NCBI GenBank assembly: GCA_964486045.1
Contig: CAZALK010000005.1
Span: forward strand, 96,001-160,000
DNA: 64,000 nucleotides
Direction: 5' to 3'
Source: an uncultured archaeon
Lineage (GTDB): Archaea; Asgardarchaeota; Lokiarchaeia; Sigyniarchaeales; SOKP01
Below, one piece after another: positions 8,500 to 19,456 of the stretch (positions are counted from its first letter, which is position 1; each line of letters opens with the position of its first letter). The notes beneath the pieces are model-generated. The model saw only the letters and a list, made by a program, of their open reading frames with translations. It was not told the DNA's origin and did no database searches. The position numbers were made by a program, and so were the translations under genes.

Positions 8500-10179
8500 A
8501 TGACAAAGATTGTAATTATAGGTGGAGTTGCTGGAGGTGCCTCAGCTGCAGCACGCCTAAGACGGTTAAAAGAAAGTTTTGAAATAATACTACTTGAAAA
8601 AGGTCCCTATGTTAGTTTTGCTAACTGTGGGCTCCCCTATTATGTTGGTAATATTATTAAAGAACAAAAATCACTTGAACTGGTCTCACCTCGACGATTT
8701 AAGAGTTGGTTTAATATTAATGTGAAGATTAATAATGAAGCAATTTCTATAGAGAAAACTAAAAAACAAGTTCTTGTGAGAGATTTAGGTACTATGCATG
8801 AATATTCTCTTGATTACGATTCTCTTTTAATAGCTACTGGTTCAACTCCTGTTATTCCGCCATTTAAGGGTCTTGAGGATATTCCATTCCATATAATTTG
8901 GACAATTCCAGATGCTGTAAAATTAAAGGAGTTTGTTGAAAAAAATAAAATTGAAGAAGCTGTGATTATTGGTGGAGGATTCATAGGATTAGAAATGGCT
9001 GAAAACTTGGTGGAAAAAGGCATTAAGGTAAAAATTATTGAAATGCTTGATCAAGTTATGCCTTCCATTGATAAAGAAATGGCTCAACTAATTCATAAAG
9101 AATTAAAATTAAACGGAGTTGCCCTAATACTCGAAGATCCCGTAGAATCATTTGCGAGAACTGAAGACGACAAATATACTGTAAAAACAAAAGGTGGAAG
9201 GGAAATTGAAACAGAATTAATTGTAATGGCTGTTGGTATTAAACCAACAAGCAATTTAGCGCTAGATTCGGGATTGGAGTTAAATTCAAAAGGGTATATC
9301 ATAGTAAATGAGTATATGCGAACTTCAGATCCAAATATTTACGCTGTAGGAGATGCTGTTCAAGTAAACCATTATCAAACAAAAGAACCAATCTCAATTG
9401 CATTAGCAGGGCCTGCAAATAAGCAAGGTAGAATTGCTGCGGATAATATCGCTGGAAGGGAAGTTAAATATAAGGGAATTTTAGGTGCATTTGTAATAAA
9501 AGTATTTGATAGTTCTGTTGCTACTGTAGGCCTTACAGAAAAACAATTAAAAAACACAGATATCAATTATGAAAAAGTGTATGTTCATCCAAATAATCAT
9601 GCGGGATATTATCCTGGAGCTACTCCTATTGCTTTAAAGCTCTTGTTTGAAATCCCAAATGGTAGAGTGTTAGGTGCTCAAGCTGTGGGTGGGTCTGGAA
9701 CGGAAAAAAGAATTGATGTTATTTCTGCTGTGATAAAATTTAGAGGGACTGTGTTCGATTTAGAAGAATTAGAATTAACCTATGCTCCCCCCTATAGTTC
9801 AGCAAAAGATCCTGTCAATATGGCTGGATTTGTAGCGTCGAATTTTTTACGGGGAGATATCAAAATTAAACAATGGCATGATATTGATGAATTTAGAAAG
9901 ATCAAAGGTTTTATTTTAGATGTAAGGACCAACAAAGAGTATGAAGCGGGGAAAATTGAAGACTCTGTCAATATTCCGATCCATGAATTGAGAAATCGAT
10001 TAAGCGAGATCCCAAAAGGAAAGCCCGTTATGGTCTATTGTGAAGTTGGGTATAGGAGTTATATCTCAACTCGCATATTATTACAACATGGATTTGAGGA
10101 AGTATTTGAACTTACTGGAGGATTCAAACTCTATGAAACTGCCACTACTAAGACAGAAGATTTTGTCTTTAATTTATAA
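8500..10179 (+). CDS. CoA-disulfide reductase-rhodanese fusion (CoADR-RHD/Npsr-like persulfide reductase)
   Basis: GGVAGGAS, SFANCGLPY, GGGFIGLE, YAPPYS, C-terminal rhodanese domain with YCEVGYRS. Confidence 0.93.
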   Translation: MTKIVIIGGVAGGASAAARLRRLKESFEIILLEKGPYVSFANCGLPYYVGNIIKEQKSLELVSPRRFKSWFNINVKINNEAISIEKTKKQVLVRDLGTMHEYSLDYDSLLIATGSTPVIPPFKGLEDIPFHIIWTIPDAVKLKEFVEKNKIEEAVIIGGGFIGLEMAENLVEKGIKVKIIEMLDQVMPSIDKEMAQLIHKELKLNGVALILEDPVESFARTEDDKYTVKTKGGREIETELIVMAVGIKPTSNLALDSGLELNSKGYIIVNEYMRTSDPNIYAVGDAVQVNHYQTKEPISIALAGPANKQGRIAADNIAGREVKYKGILGAFVIKVFDSSVATVGLTEKQLKNTDINYEKVYVHPNNHAGYYPGATPIALKLLFEIPNGRVLGAQAVGGSGTEKRIDVISAVIKFRGTVFDLEELELTYAPPYSSAKDPVNMAGFVASNFLRGDIKIKQWHDIDEFRKIKGFILDVRTNKEYEAGKIEDSVNIPIHELRNRLSEIPKGKPVMVYCEVGYRSYISTRILLQHGFEEVFELTGGFKLYETATTKTEDFVFNL

Positions 10180-10271
10180 CTATAAAAGATAAAATTTAGT
10201 GGAAATACTTATAAATCCAAGTACATTCAAAAAAATCGACAATTCCAATTTACTGAAAAAGGATAAAAAAT

Positions 10272-10856
10272 ATGAAAGAAACACCAAAAAAATTATTTGC
10301 TGCTTATGTAGGAGAATCTCAAGCTAGAAATAGATATACTTTCTTTTCTAAAATTGCTAAGAAAGAGGGATACATGCTAGTTTCAAAGATTTTTGAGGAA
10401 ACTGCAGATCAAGAAAAAACCCATGGAAGCTGGTTCTACAAAATGTTGCAAGAATTCAAAAAAGAAGAAAAATTTGATGACTTTAATGTTAACGAGATGT
10501 ATCCCACGACTTACGGGAGTACAATCGAAAATTTGAAATCTGCTATAAATGGAGAGACTATGGAATATACTAAACTTTATCCCGATATAGCAGATACTGC
10601 TAAAAAAGAAGGATATCTCAATGTTGCTAATAGAACCTCGGCTATTGCGCGCGCTGAACAGCATCATGCTGAACGCTATGGAAAGCTATTAAAGTTAATA
10701 GATGATGATATCTTTTTTAAACGAGGAGAAAAGGTCGTGTGGATATGTTTAGAGTGCGGTTATGAAGTGGAATTGGATGAGCTTCCGGAAGATTGGATCT
10801 GCCCAAGTTGTTCACATCCACGAGCATATTTCAGAAAGAAGAGTGAAGAATTCTAA
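10272..10856 (+). CDS. rbr: Rubrerythrin
   Basis: GESQARNRY, EKTH, GETMEY, EQHH diiron ligands; C-terminal CLECG...CPSC. Confidence 0.93.
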   Translation: MKETPKKLFAAYVGESQARNRYTFFSKIAKKEGYMLVSKIFEETADQEKTHGSWFYKMLQEFKKEEKFDDFNVNEMYPTTYGSTIENLKSAINGETMEYTKLYPDIADTAKKEGYLNVANRTSAIARAEQHHAERYGKLLKLIDDDIFFKRGEKVVWICLECGYEVELDELPEDWICPSCSHPRAYFRKKSEEF

Positions 10857-10957
10857 AGTATTGGATGAATTTTATATATTTTAATCAAAACCATTAAATA
10901 ATATTGTATAAATTAATAGAATCAACTAATCTCGATATATTTGATAGTGAGAAAAGT

Positions 10958-11350
10958 ATGAACCAAAAAAATATTTTTAAATGCAATGTGTGTGGAAAAG
11001 TAATTGAAATCCTTAATCCAGGTGCTCCTGAAACTGTTTGTTGCGGACAACCGATGGTTTTAATGGAAGAAAAGACCGCAGATTGGAAAGGTGAGAAGCA
11101 TGTTCCCAAGATTACTATTGATGGGAATAAGGTCACTGTAGATGTTGGAATTTCTATGGGAACTCCACATCCTATGACTGATGAACACTATATCATGTGG
11201 ATTGAATTAATCTGTGTAAAAAATTGCTATAAAAGGCAGATGTTAAAACCTGGTATGGAACCGAGAGCAACTTTTACTGTTGCGGATACTACCGGATTAA
11301 AGGCTCGAGAGTATTGCAACCTTCATGGGCTCTGGGTAGGGACAGAATAA
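10958..11350 (+). CDS. dfx: Desulfoferrodoxin (2Fe superoxide reductase); start taken at ATG 10958
   Basis: CNVCG...CCG centre I; EKHVP, HPM...HYI, YCNLHGLW centre II. Confidence 0.93.
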   Translation: MNQKNIFKCNVCGKVIEILNPGAPETVCCGQPMVLMEEKTADWKGEKHVPKITIDGNKVTVDVGISMGTPHPMTDEHYIMWIELICVKNCYKRQMLKPGMEPRATFTVADTTGLKAREYCNLHGLWVGTE

Positions 11351-11570
11351 ATTAATACCTAATTTTTTTTTTATTTTTGATTATTTCTAAGCTTCGAAAC
11401 AAAAATTTACAGATTAAGTCATTTTCTAACATGGTAATGTATTGTGATAATCTAAGTATTTAAAAAAAAGCATTTTAAGAAAGATAGTTTACTTTTTTCT
11501 TTTTAAATCTAAAATTTTAATATAATCCAACCATAATTATAATTTAACAAAAATCCTAATAGTGAGATAA

Positions 11571-13616
11571 TTGAAAATACAAAAATTTAGTGCTATTTTA
11601 GTTTTAATGTTAATTTTTTGGGGGGTTTTAGCTATAATTGTTCCCAGTAGTCCATCGAATTATCAAACCATTGATAAAAAAAGTGGGGAGAAGGCGGAAA
11701 GCCAATTTATTGACTTAGTGGAAAACTCCCTTGAAGAAATTAGATCAAAAGATCCCGCTAGCTTAACCTCAAGAACAGCATATGCGATCTTAGTTGGAAT
11801 TGCAGATTATCCTGGCACTGTTGATGATCTACGATATTCTGCTTCTGATGCCATTTTAATGCGGTCATTACTGGTAAATAGATATCAGTTTGAAACAGGG
11901 AATATAATATTACTCAGAAATTCTGAAGCTACAAAAAGCGGAATTATGAGTGCTTTCTTACAAATTGAGGCTGTAATCGGTTCTGATGACGTTTTTCTCT
12001 TTTTTTATTCAGGTCATGGCGGTGAAGGGGGTGGAGCATACCATTTTATTGCTCCGTATGATTATTTCCCCTCTAACTACTTCTATGACCTTGAGTTAGA
12101 TGTATTTCTTGATCGGGTGGCTTGTGCTCAACAATATGTTTTAATTGATGCCTGTAATAGCGGAGGATTCATTCCAGAAGTACAGGCTCCAAACAGGTTT
12201 ATTATGACTGCATCTACAGCGACACAATTAAGTTGGGAGACTACTGGGTTACACCACGGTGTATTCACCTATCATTTTCAGGCTTCAATATACGGTGCTC
12301 CAGATTCAAATGGTGATGGTGCACTCTCTATGGAAGAACAATTTGCTCATCTTCGACCTGCGACTATTAATTACATGCTTGGTTTTGGTGAATTACAACA
12401 ACCCACTAAATATGACGGAATCTCAGGACACGCAGTATTATTTCCATCAATAGGTAAACTTACATTTATATTTAATGAAAATTTTTTAAATTATTCATTC
12501 CATGTCTATGGACACGGTGAGGTTATTACCCTAAACCTAACAGTGGGCTCTATATCTCAAGGAAATGTAGTTATTAAGGAGGATTTAACAGATTACTCAC
12601 CAACGAGTTCTGGGTTTGGTTATTATACGGGTTCAGTGGATTTAGGATTGGGAAATAACGTCTCCGGATACGAATTCATAGCTCAAATAGACGCGAGTAC
12701 ATTAATATCTTTTAGCAAATCTTATGGAGATTCAGATGGTGATGGTTTAAATGATATATTTGAGATCCTTCATACCAATGGGACAAGTCCTGCAACTAAT
12801 GATACAGATTCTGATGGTTTAGATGATTATACTGAATTTTACGGAAGCACAAATGCAACCAATAGTGATTCGGATTATGACGGTATGCCAGATGGGTATG
12901 AGGTAAACAATGGATTAAATCCCTTAGTAAACGATAGTCACTTAGATCTTGATAGTGATAGTTTAGAGAACTTCTTTGAATATACACTCGGAACCATGGT
13001 AAATGATGAGGATACCGATGGAGATCTGATGAATGACGGGTATGAATATAATTACGGATTAGATTATTTTCAAGATGATGCAAGTTCTGACTTAGATAAC
13101 GACACTTTATCTAATTTAATCGAGTGTCAGCTTAATTCTAATCCCAACAATACCGACACAGATGGAGATACTATGTCTGATGCATATGAATATAACCATA
13201 ATTTAGACTTACTTATAGATGATAGAAATTCTGATTTCGACGGAGACGGATTAAATAATTTTCTAGAATACCAAATTGGATCAAGACCAGACTTGATGGA
13301 TACCGATAGTGATGCAATGCCTGATTGGTGGGAATACCACAATAATTTAGATTTAAATTTTAATGATGCCTTATTAGATCCCGATAGTGATACACTCACC
13401 AATTTACAGGAGTTTGTTCTTAACACTAATCCTCATTTGGCTGATACCGATGGAGATACATGGGAGGATAATCTAGAAATCGATCATGGCACTGATCCTT
13501 TAGACCCAGACGATTTCCCTCAGCTAGAGAACGCAATACCTAGTTTCGATCTATATATCACCATAGTTATAATGGGAATTGGAACGACAATACTTATTAA
13601 GAAATATAAGAAGTAA
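11571..13616 (+). CDS. Exported caspase-family (peptidase C14) protease with TSP3-like Ca-binding repeats and C-terminal membrane anchor
   Basis: N-terminal signal/TM; FYSGHG and IDACNSG dyad motifs; about eight DxDGDG-type repeat units; IPSFDL + TM + KKYKK tail. Confidence 0.85.
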   Translation: MKIQKFSAILVLMLIFWGVLAIIVPSSPSNYQTIDKKSGEKAESQFIDLVENSLEEIRSKDPASLTSRTAYAILVGIADYPGTVDDLRYSASDAILMRSLLVNRYQFETGNIILLRNSEATKSGIMSAFLQIEAVIGSDDVFLFFYSGHGGEGGGAYHFIAPYDYFPSNYFYDLELDVFLDRVACAQQYVLIDACNSGGFIPEVQAPNRFIMTASTATQLSWETTGLHHGVFTYHFQASIYGAPDSNGDGALSMEEQFAHLRPATINYMLGFGELQQPTKYDGISGHAVLFPSIGKLTFIFNENFLNYSFHVYGHGEVITLNLTVGSISQGNVVIKEDLTDYSPTSSGFGYYTGSVDLGLGNNVSGYEFIAQIDASTLISFSKSYGDSDGDGLNDIFEILHTNGTSPATNDTDSDGLDDYTEFYGSTNATNSDSDYDGMPDGYEVNNGLNPLVNDSHLDLDSDSLENFFEYTLGTMVNDEDTDGDLMNDGYEYNYGLDYFQDDASSDLDNDTLSNLIECQLNSNPNNTDTDGDTMSDAYEYNHNLDLLIDDRNSDFDGDGLNNFLEYQIGSRPDLMDTDSDAMPDWWEYHNNLDLNFNDALLDPDSDTLTNLQEFVLNTNPHLADTDGDTWEDNLEIDHGTDPLDPDDFPQLENAIPSFDLYITIVIMGIGTTILIKKYKK

Positions 13617-13736
13617 CAATTTCTTATTTTCATACACCCTAAACTTTTTTTTTATTTATAGAATGTTATAAAATAATGAAATTTTAAGATAATAAAACAC
13701 AGTTATTTATATTAAATTTAATTATTCTGTTATTTA

Positions 13737-15109
13737 ATGGAAGAATGATTTTATATCTGTAATTATTTGTTATTATCTGTTTTATTATTGTCATTATTGC
13801 CCTTTTTCGGGAAAAAACGGATTTTTTGACATATAGTGTAGCCGCGATGCTAGCTGCGGCTACGGCTATGTTTCTTTTCTCACCTGTGCCTTTTTCTATT
13901 GATGAATTTATTCTCTCAATAGATTGGCCTGTTATTTTTTTCTTGATTTCTTTATTTACGATAGTTGTTATTTTAGAGGAGCAGCATATTTTTCAGGAAA
14001 TAGCATTGAGAATAACCAAAAAATTTGGTACAAACACTCGTAAGTTTTTTTGGGTAATATGCTTAATCTCGACATTGAGTGCTGCTTTTATTGAAGATGT
14101 TTCTGTTGCGATTATATTTATTCCCATGATTGTTAGAACAAGTGAGAAGATGAAAATTAACCCTACACCAATTCTTCTTGGAACGACGATATGTATTAAC
14201 CTTGCCTCAACTCTAACCCCTTTCGGATCTGCAGAGAATATTTTGATAGCAAATAAGTTTGGACTCACTACCACCTGGTTTTTTACAAATTTATCAATAT
14301 ATTTCATTATTGGTACTTTATTAACTCTATTTCTTTTAGATTATTTCGTTCTCAGAAAGCACTTAGATGAAATTTGGATTCCACACTGTGAAGAATATGA
14401 TGAACCTTTAGAAAGCGTACACATGAAAGAGCATGAATTAGTAATCTTAGAAGAGTCAATTAATCCAAGGATTTTTTATCGCAATTTATTTGCTTTATTC
14501 ATCTTTTTTATTTTACTTATGGTTATTCCAGATATTTTATTCATTGGGCTTTTAGGAATGTTAATATTCGTGTTTATTAATCCAAGAAGAGGTGAAGCCG
14601 GTAAAAAAAAACCAGACATTTCCTATTACTTTACTAAAGTAGATTTTAAGTTACCATTCTTTTTTATAAGCCTGTTTGTTCTTATATTTTGTTTTGATAA
14701 AGTAGGACTTATTGGGATTATATCAGATTTTGTGGTTACCATAGCACCAAACAATATCTTCATACTAAGTGTAATCGTATTAATTTTAACGTCTGTTCTT
14801 TCCGGATTTCTTGATAATATTCCAGTTACAGTTCTTTTTATACCGATAATAAATGTTTTAATTGACCCGTTAGGGCTTGGTTTTTCTCAAATTCCCTTGT
14901 TAATAGCATTTATTTTAGGTATTAATTTAGGGGGGAATTTCCTGCCTCAAGGAAGCGCTGCTGATATGATGACATTGGAACTATCTAAAAAATATTGTGT
15001 TGATGAGATGAATTACAGGAAATTATTAAAGACAGGGGGGTTATTTGCTCTTTTACATATCATTTTGGGAATTTCTTATCTTGGAATTATAATATTTTTA
15101 TTCTTCTAA
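13737..15109 (+). CDS. ArsB/NhaD/SLC13-family ion transporter; 5' end appears frameshifted (track ORF starts 13826)
   Basis: IDWPVIFFL, SAAFIEDV, LTPFGSAENIL, LSGFLDNIP, NLGGNFLPQGSAA; an upstream hydrophobic helix is restored by removing two single bases after ATG 13737. Confidence 0.8.
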
Positions 15110-15154
15110 GAAATTAATGAGTTAAATCATAAATGCAAGTTATATTGTTATATT

Positions 15155-15703
15155 ATGACTAAAAATAAGGCAATAATTTTAGATAGAGATGGAACATTAA
15201 TAGAAGATAGAAATTACGCATATAAGATCGAAGATCTAGTACTCTTACCGGGAGTAATTGATGGGTTAAAAATCCTACAAGAAGAATTTATATTCTTTAT
15301 AGTAACCAATCAATCAGGAATAGGTAGAGGATATTACACTGAAGAAGATTTCCATAAATTCAATAATCACCTAATTCAAATACTCAAAAGTGAAAATATT
15401 GAAATTCTTAAAACTTATTTCTGTCCTCATTTAAGGGAAGATAACTGTGATTGCAGAAAACCAAAGACTAAATTTATAGAAGAGATAATCAATGATTTTG
15501 ATGTTAACATCAAAGAGTCATGGATGTTTGGTGATCATCCCTCGGATATGCAATTTGGGATAAACTCAGGTTGCAGAACAGTATTCCTCACTACAGGTCA
15601 TGGTAAAAACCATATTGACGAAGTAAAATCCCTAAAAGTCAAACCAATAATAATTTCTAATGATTTTTTATCAGCAGCTGAAGAATTATTAAATTTTAAA
15701 TAA
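15155..15703 (+). CDS. gmhB: HAD-IIIA phosphatase, GmhB/HisB-like
   Basis: LDRDGTL, VTNQSGIGRG, CPH...CDCRKP, GD. Confidence 0.8.
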   Translation: MTKNKAIILDRDGTLIEDRNYAYKIEDLVLLPGVIDGLKILQEEFIFFIVTNQSGIGRGYYTEEDFHKFNNHLIQILKSENIEILKTYFCPHLREDNCDCRKPKTKFIEEIINDFDVNIKESWMFGDHPSDMQFGINSGCRTVFLTTGHGKNHIDEVKSLKVKPIIISNDFLSAAEELLNFK

Positions 15704-15792
15704 TTTCTTTACGATAGTAAGCGATCATTATAAAAAGATCCATTTCCTTTAATCATTTAATATATTAGGTATGAATATATTTTGAGGATCTC

Positions 15793-16281
15793 ATGTATTA
15801 CAGAAAGATAAATAATGCTGTAATGTGGAAGAATATTCAGAAATTACGGGATCTTATCAAATTGACTCATAACTTTAAGGAGAGATTTTGTTGGAAGTGT
15901 GGTAAAGATCTCAATATATATGATTTTTTGAGCGATAACGTTGATTTTACCGCCGATTATATTTTAAAATTATGGCAAGCTCCAACCTTGGAATTCCACT
16001 GTTGTGAGTGCTTTAAAAATCTCAAAATTGGTGAATTCAAAAAAATAGAGCAAGAGAAGAATCAGAGAATCTGTCTAAATTGCCATAAAATTATTGATAT
16101 TTATAAATTTAGTAAATTTCATGACTATTTAAAAATACATGAATTACGAGACCTTTGGTTAGATAGTCATTTTAAGGTTTTTTGCGATAATTTATGCCAA
16201 AGAAAATACTATAAGATTTACTATGACTTTCTTAAAGAGAGAAAAAGAAAAAAACAAAGACAATTAGCGAGAAATTTATAA
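15793..16281 (+). CDS. Hypothetical protein with two tandem Cys-rich zinc-finger-like repeats
   Basis: CWKC...LW...CCECF and CLNC...LW...CDNLC internal duplication. Confidence 0.75.
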   Translation: MYYRKINNAVMWKNIQKLRDLIKLTHNFKERFCWKCGKDLNIYDFLSDNVDFTADYILKLWQAPTLEFHCCECFKNLKIGEFKKIEQEKNQRICLNCHKIIDIYKFSKFHDYLKIHELRDLWLDSHFKVFCDNLCQRKYYKIYYDFLKERKRKKQRQLARNL

Positions 16282-16286
16282 AAATT

Positions 16287-17696
16287 TTAAATTTTGGATA
16301 ATTGGTTTTTGGTAGCTCCACATACGGGACAATGCCAATCATCTGGAAGATTTCTAAAAGGGGTTCCTGGAGCAATTCCGCTATCAGGATCTCCTTTAAC
16401 TGGGTTATACACAAATCCACAGACTTGACATTTATATTTTCCCCCGAGTTCTTCACTTGTCTGTAACACCTTTGGGGCTGGTTCACCTTCTTTTTTCTCG
16501 ACACTTATTTCTTCTCTTGGTAATTCAAATAAGTTGGGCATAGCATGTTCATATTGCTTTAATATAAAGCGAGAAATAACAATTCTTTGAATTTCTGAAG
16601 TTCCTTCGTAGATCTGGTATAACTTTGCATCCCTGAACAATTTTTCAACCGGAAATGTTCTAACATATCCATAGCCACCAAAAATTTGAATAGCTTCAGT
16701 TGTAACTTTCATTGCGACATCAGAAGCAAATGCTTTTGCTATAGAAGATGTTAGATTACTATTACGACCTTGATCTCCTTCCCATGCCGCCTTATAAGTT
16801 AACAATCTAGCAGCTTCAATATCTTTATACATATTAGCAATTTTAAATTGAATAGCCTGATAATTCGCAATTGGTCTTCCAAAGGTTTTTCTTTTAAGAG
16901 CATAATCCATGGAATATTCCATAGCAGATCTAGCGCATCCTATTGCAAATGCTGCAACAGCAGGTCTTGTTTTTTGAAATGTTTGCATTGCAACAACAAA
17001 ACCTCTTCCTGGTTTTGCTAAAACATTCTCTTTTGGGATTTTAACATCTTTTAAGACAATAGAACAAGTGTTCGACGCTCGTTGACCAAGTTTAGGAATA
17101 TGTTGCCCTGTGGATACTCCTTCAAGATCTGTAGGTACAATAAACCCCGCAATTCCACGATGTTTCTTTTCAGGATCTACAGTAGCAAATATCGAAACAT
17201 AATCAGCATATCCAGCATTAGTAATCCAATATTTTGTTCCGTTTAAAATGAAACCGTCTCCATCTTCTTCTGCTCGACATTGCATTCCTGCTACGTCAGA
17301 TCCCATTCCTGGTTCAGAAGTAGCAAATGCAATTAATTTGAAATTCTTTGTTATGTCTGTTAGAATTCTTTCTTTTTGTTCTTTTTTTCCACCAATAACA
17401 ATCGGTGCTGAACCTAAATCGTTATCGAACACAGAAGTAGCTATTCCAGGACATGCTGCCGCAATTTCTTCAACAACAATTACAGATTCAACTAAACCAT
17501 AACCTTGTCCACCATATTCCTTTGGAATACCTAAATTGGTTAATCCTGCCTTCCAGGCTTTTTTAATAACATCCATAGGCATCATTTCTGCCTCATCATA
17601 ACTAGCAGCTACTGGTAATACCACTTTTACAGCAAATTCTCTGGCCTTTTTTTGTAAAGCTTTTTGGTCTTCTGTTAAATCAAAATCCACAATCAA
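16287..17696 (-). CDS. Acyl-CoA dehydrogenase with C-terminal rubredoxin domain
   Basis: [35 protein letters not shown]; C-terminal CQVCG...[11 protein letters not shown]. Confidence 0.93.
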   Translation of the reverse strand: MIVDFDLTEDQKALQKKAREFAVKVVLPVAASYDEAEMMPMDVIKKAWKAGLTNLGIPKEYGGQGYGLVESVIVVEEIAAACPGIATSVFDNDLGSAPIVIGGKKEQKERILTDITKNFKLIAFATSEPGMGSDVAGMQCRAEEDGDGFILNGTKYWITNAGYADYVSIFATVDPEKKHRGIAGFIVPTDLEGVSTGQHIPKLGQRASNTCSIVLKDVKIPKENVLAKPGRGFVVAMQTFQKTRPAVAAFAIGCARSAMEYSMDYALKRKTFGRPIANYQAIQFKIANMYKDIEAARLLTYKAAWEGDQGRNSNLTSSIAKAFASDVAMKVTTEAIQIFGGYGYVRTFPVEKLFRDAKLYQIYEGTSEIQRIVISRFILKQYEHAMPNLFELPREEISVEKKEGEPAPKVLQTSEELGGKYKCQVCGFVYNPVKGDPDSGIAPGTPFRNLPDDWHCPVCGATKNQLSKI

Positions 17697-17707
17697 TACC
17701 TCTTACT

Positions 17708-18925
17708 TTATCCCATTTTTTCAATTAATTTATCAATAATTTCTTTAAAATCTAAATCTTCTTTTTTAGGAACAAATTTAATTTCAATTCTTTCATCTAT
17801 AACTTCTATCCCTGCAGCCTTTAACTCTTTTATAATTTCATCGACAGCCCCAGCACTCCAACCATAAGACCCAAAAGCTAATCCTATTTTATTTATTGGT
17901 TTGAGCCCTCTTTGATAGACTAAGTATTCAGCCACAGATGGATAGATTGTTTTATTTAAAGTAGGACTTCCCACTAAAATAGCTCTAGCTTTCATGGCTT
18001 CTGTGATAACATCAGAGAAATCTGAACTAAATAGTCGAAATCTTCTCACTGGAATTCCCCTTTTACTAATTTCATTATATAATGCTAGTGCTATTTTTTC
18101 AGTACTACCCCACATTGTATCATAAATGATTAATACACTATTTTCCTCAATTTCTCCTTTTGACCATTGTTGATATTTTTTAATTATATTAGGAATATGC
18201 TTTTTCCAACAAACCCCATGTGAGGGGCAAATGACATCAATTGGTAAAGATCCTATCTTTAGGAGAGCTTTGGCAATTAAATTCGATAAATAAAGCAAAA
18301 TATTTGCATAATATTTTTCAGCCTCCTCCATTATAACTCCTAGATCATTTTCTTCATCCCAAATTTGGGAAACTGCAATATGTTGCCCAAAAGCATCATT
18401 AGAAAACAAAATATTATCTCCATCATCATCCATCATGAATGAAACCATTGAATCTGGCCAGTGAATCATTGGAACTGGTACAAATGTAATTACTTTTCCA
18501 TTACCAATGTCAATAGTATCCCCCTCCTTGACTGCTCGAATTTTGTTAAAAATTTCTGCTTCAACTTCTTCATGGTAGTGAAGCTTAAGATTTTCCACAC
18601 CGATTTTTGATGCTATTATTTCAGCATTGGGAAGGTGTTTAAGAATGAGTGGAAATGATCCTGAATGGTCTGGCTCTACATGATTTACAATAAAATATTC
18701 GATTTCCTCAGGATTGCAAATAGATTTGATGTTTTTTAAATAATCTTCGAAATATGTACGTTTAACGGAATCGATTAATGTTATTTTGTCACCTTTAACG
18801 ATGTAAGCGTTGTATGATGTACCCCTGTGAGTGCTGTACCCGTGGAAATTGCGAACCTCCCAATCAACATAACCAACAAAGAAAACGTCTTTCAATATTT
18901 CAAGGTTTTTCATTTTACTTTTCAC
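17708..18925 (-). CDS. fprA: Flavodiiron protein (FprA; O2/NO reductase)
   Basis: GTSYNAY, NHVEPDHSG, HWPD, SNDAFG, PSHG, flavodoxin TMWGST, FGSYGW. Confidence 0.93.
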   Translation of the reverse strand: MKSKMKNLEILKDVFFVGYVDWEVRNFHGYSTHRGTSYNAYIVKGDKITLIDSVKRTYFEDYLKNIKSICNPEEIEYFIVNHVEPDHSGSFPLILKHLPNAEIIASKIGVENLKLHYHEEVEAEIFNKIRAVKEGDTIDIGNGKVITFVPVPMIHWPDSMVSFMMDDDGDNILFSNDAFGQHIAVSQIWDEENDLGVIMEEAEKYYANILLYLSNLIAKALLKIGSLPIDVICPSHGVCWKKHIPNIIKKYQQWSKGEIEENSVLIIYDTMWGSTEKIALALYNEISKRGIPVRRFRLFSSDFSDVITEAMKARAILVGSPTLNKTIYPSVAEYLVYQRGLKPINKIGLAFGSYGWSAGAVDEIIKELKAAGIEVIDERIEIKFVPKKEDLDFKEIIDKLIEKMG

Positions 18926-19044
18926 TCTAATCTTTAGGATTCGTTGATTTTTTATTATTAATTAAAATCAAATTAAAAACTTATATTCTATTGATTATAA
19001 ATGTTTCAGAAATTAAACAGAAAAAATATAAAAAAAAGTGTTAT

Positions 19045-19191
19045 TTAATCAATTTTTTCAAACATATCTTTACCGACTCCGCAAACTGGACATATATAAT
19101 CATCAGGTAGATCTTCAAACTTAGTACTTTCGTTACTTTCATCATACAAAAATCCGCAAGCAGTACATTCCCAAATCGAAATTTTTACCAC
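19045..19191 (-). CDS. Rubredoxin (48 aa; below the ORF-track cutoff)
   Basis: Manual translation [48 protein letters not shown]; GGAG just upstream of the GTG start. Confidence 0.92.
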   Translation of the reverse strand: MVKISIWECTACGFLYDESNESTKFEDLPDDYICPVCGVGKDMFEKID

Positions 19192-19289
19192 GTTCTCCTA
19201 TTTTTAAGATATTAGAGAAATTATATTATTTAAAATTATATGCATTAAATAGTGAACTTAATAATAAGAATTTATCTAACAAGTTCTCA

Positions 19290-19430
19290 CTTCATACTTA
19301 TAATGAAAGTTTTGTCGTCATAAAAAGTATTCCTTATGAAGTATCAATTCCAAGATATAATCTATTCCTTCTATTTGTTATTATATCAGTTGTATCAATC
19401 ACTATAAGTAAAAAACTAAAAAAAACTTAA
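19290..19430 (+). pseudogene. Orphan C-terminal sorting-tail remnant (Loki-CTERM-like), no start codon found
   Basis: Frame reads ...SIPYEVSIPRYNLFLLFVIISVVSITISKKLKKT*: IP(G/R)YN motif, TM helix, basic end. Confidence 0.5.
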
Positions 19431-19456
19431 TTCTAAATATGACAATCTAAAGAATA

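Noticed and set aside
12730-13520. Repetitive DNA resembling an array
   Set aside because: These are degenerate protein-coding DxDGDG repeats, with no identical DNA repeats or spacers, so not CRISPR.
11351-13660. Possible direct repeats flanking the caspase gene (acctaattttttttttattt vs accctaaactttttttttattt)
   Set aside because: Short and mostly poly-T; better explained as independent terminators.
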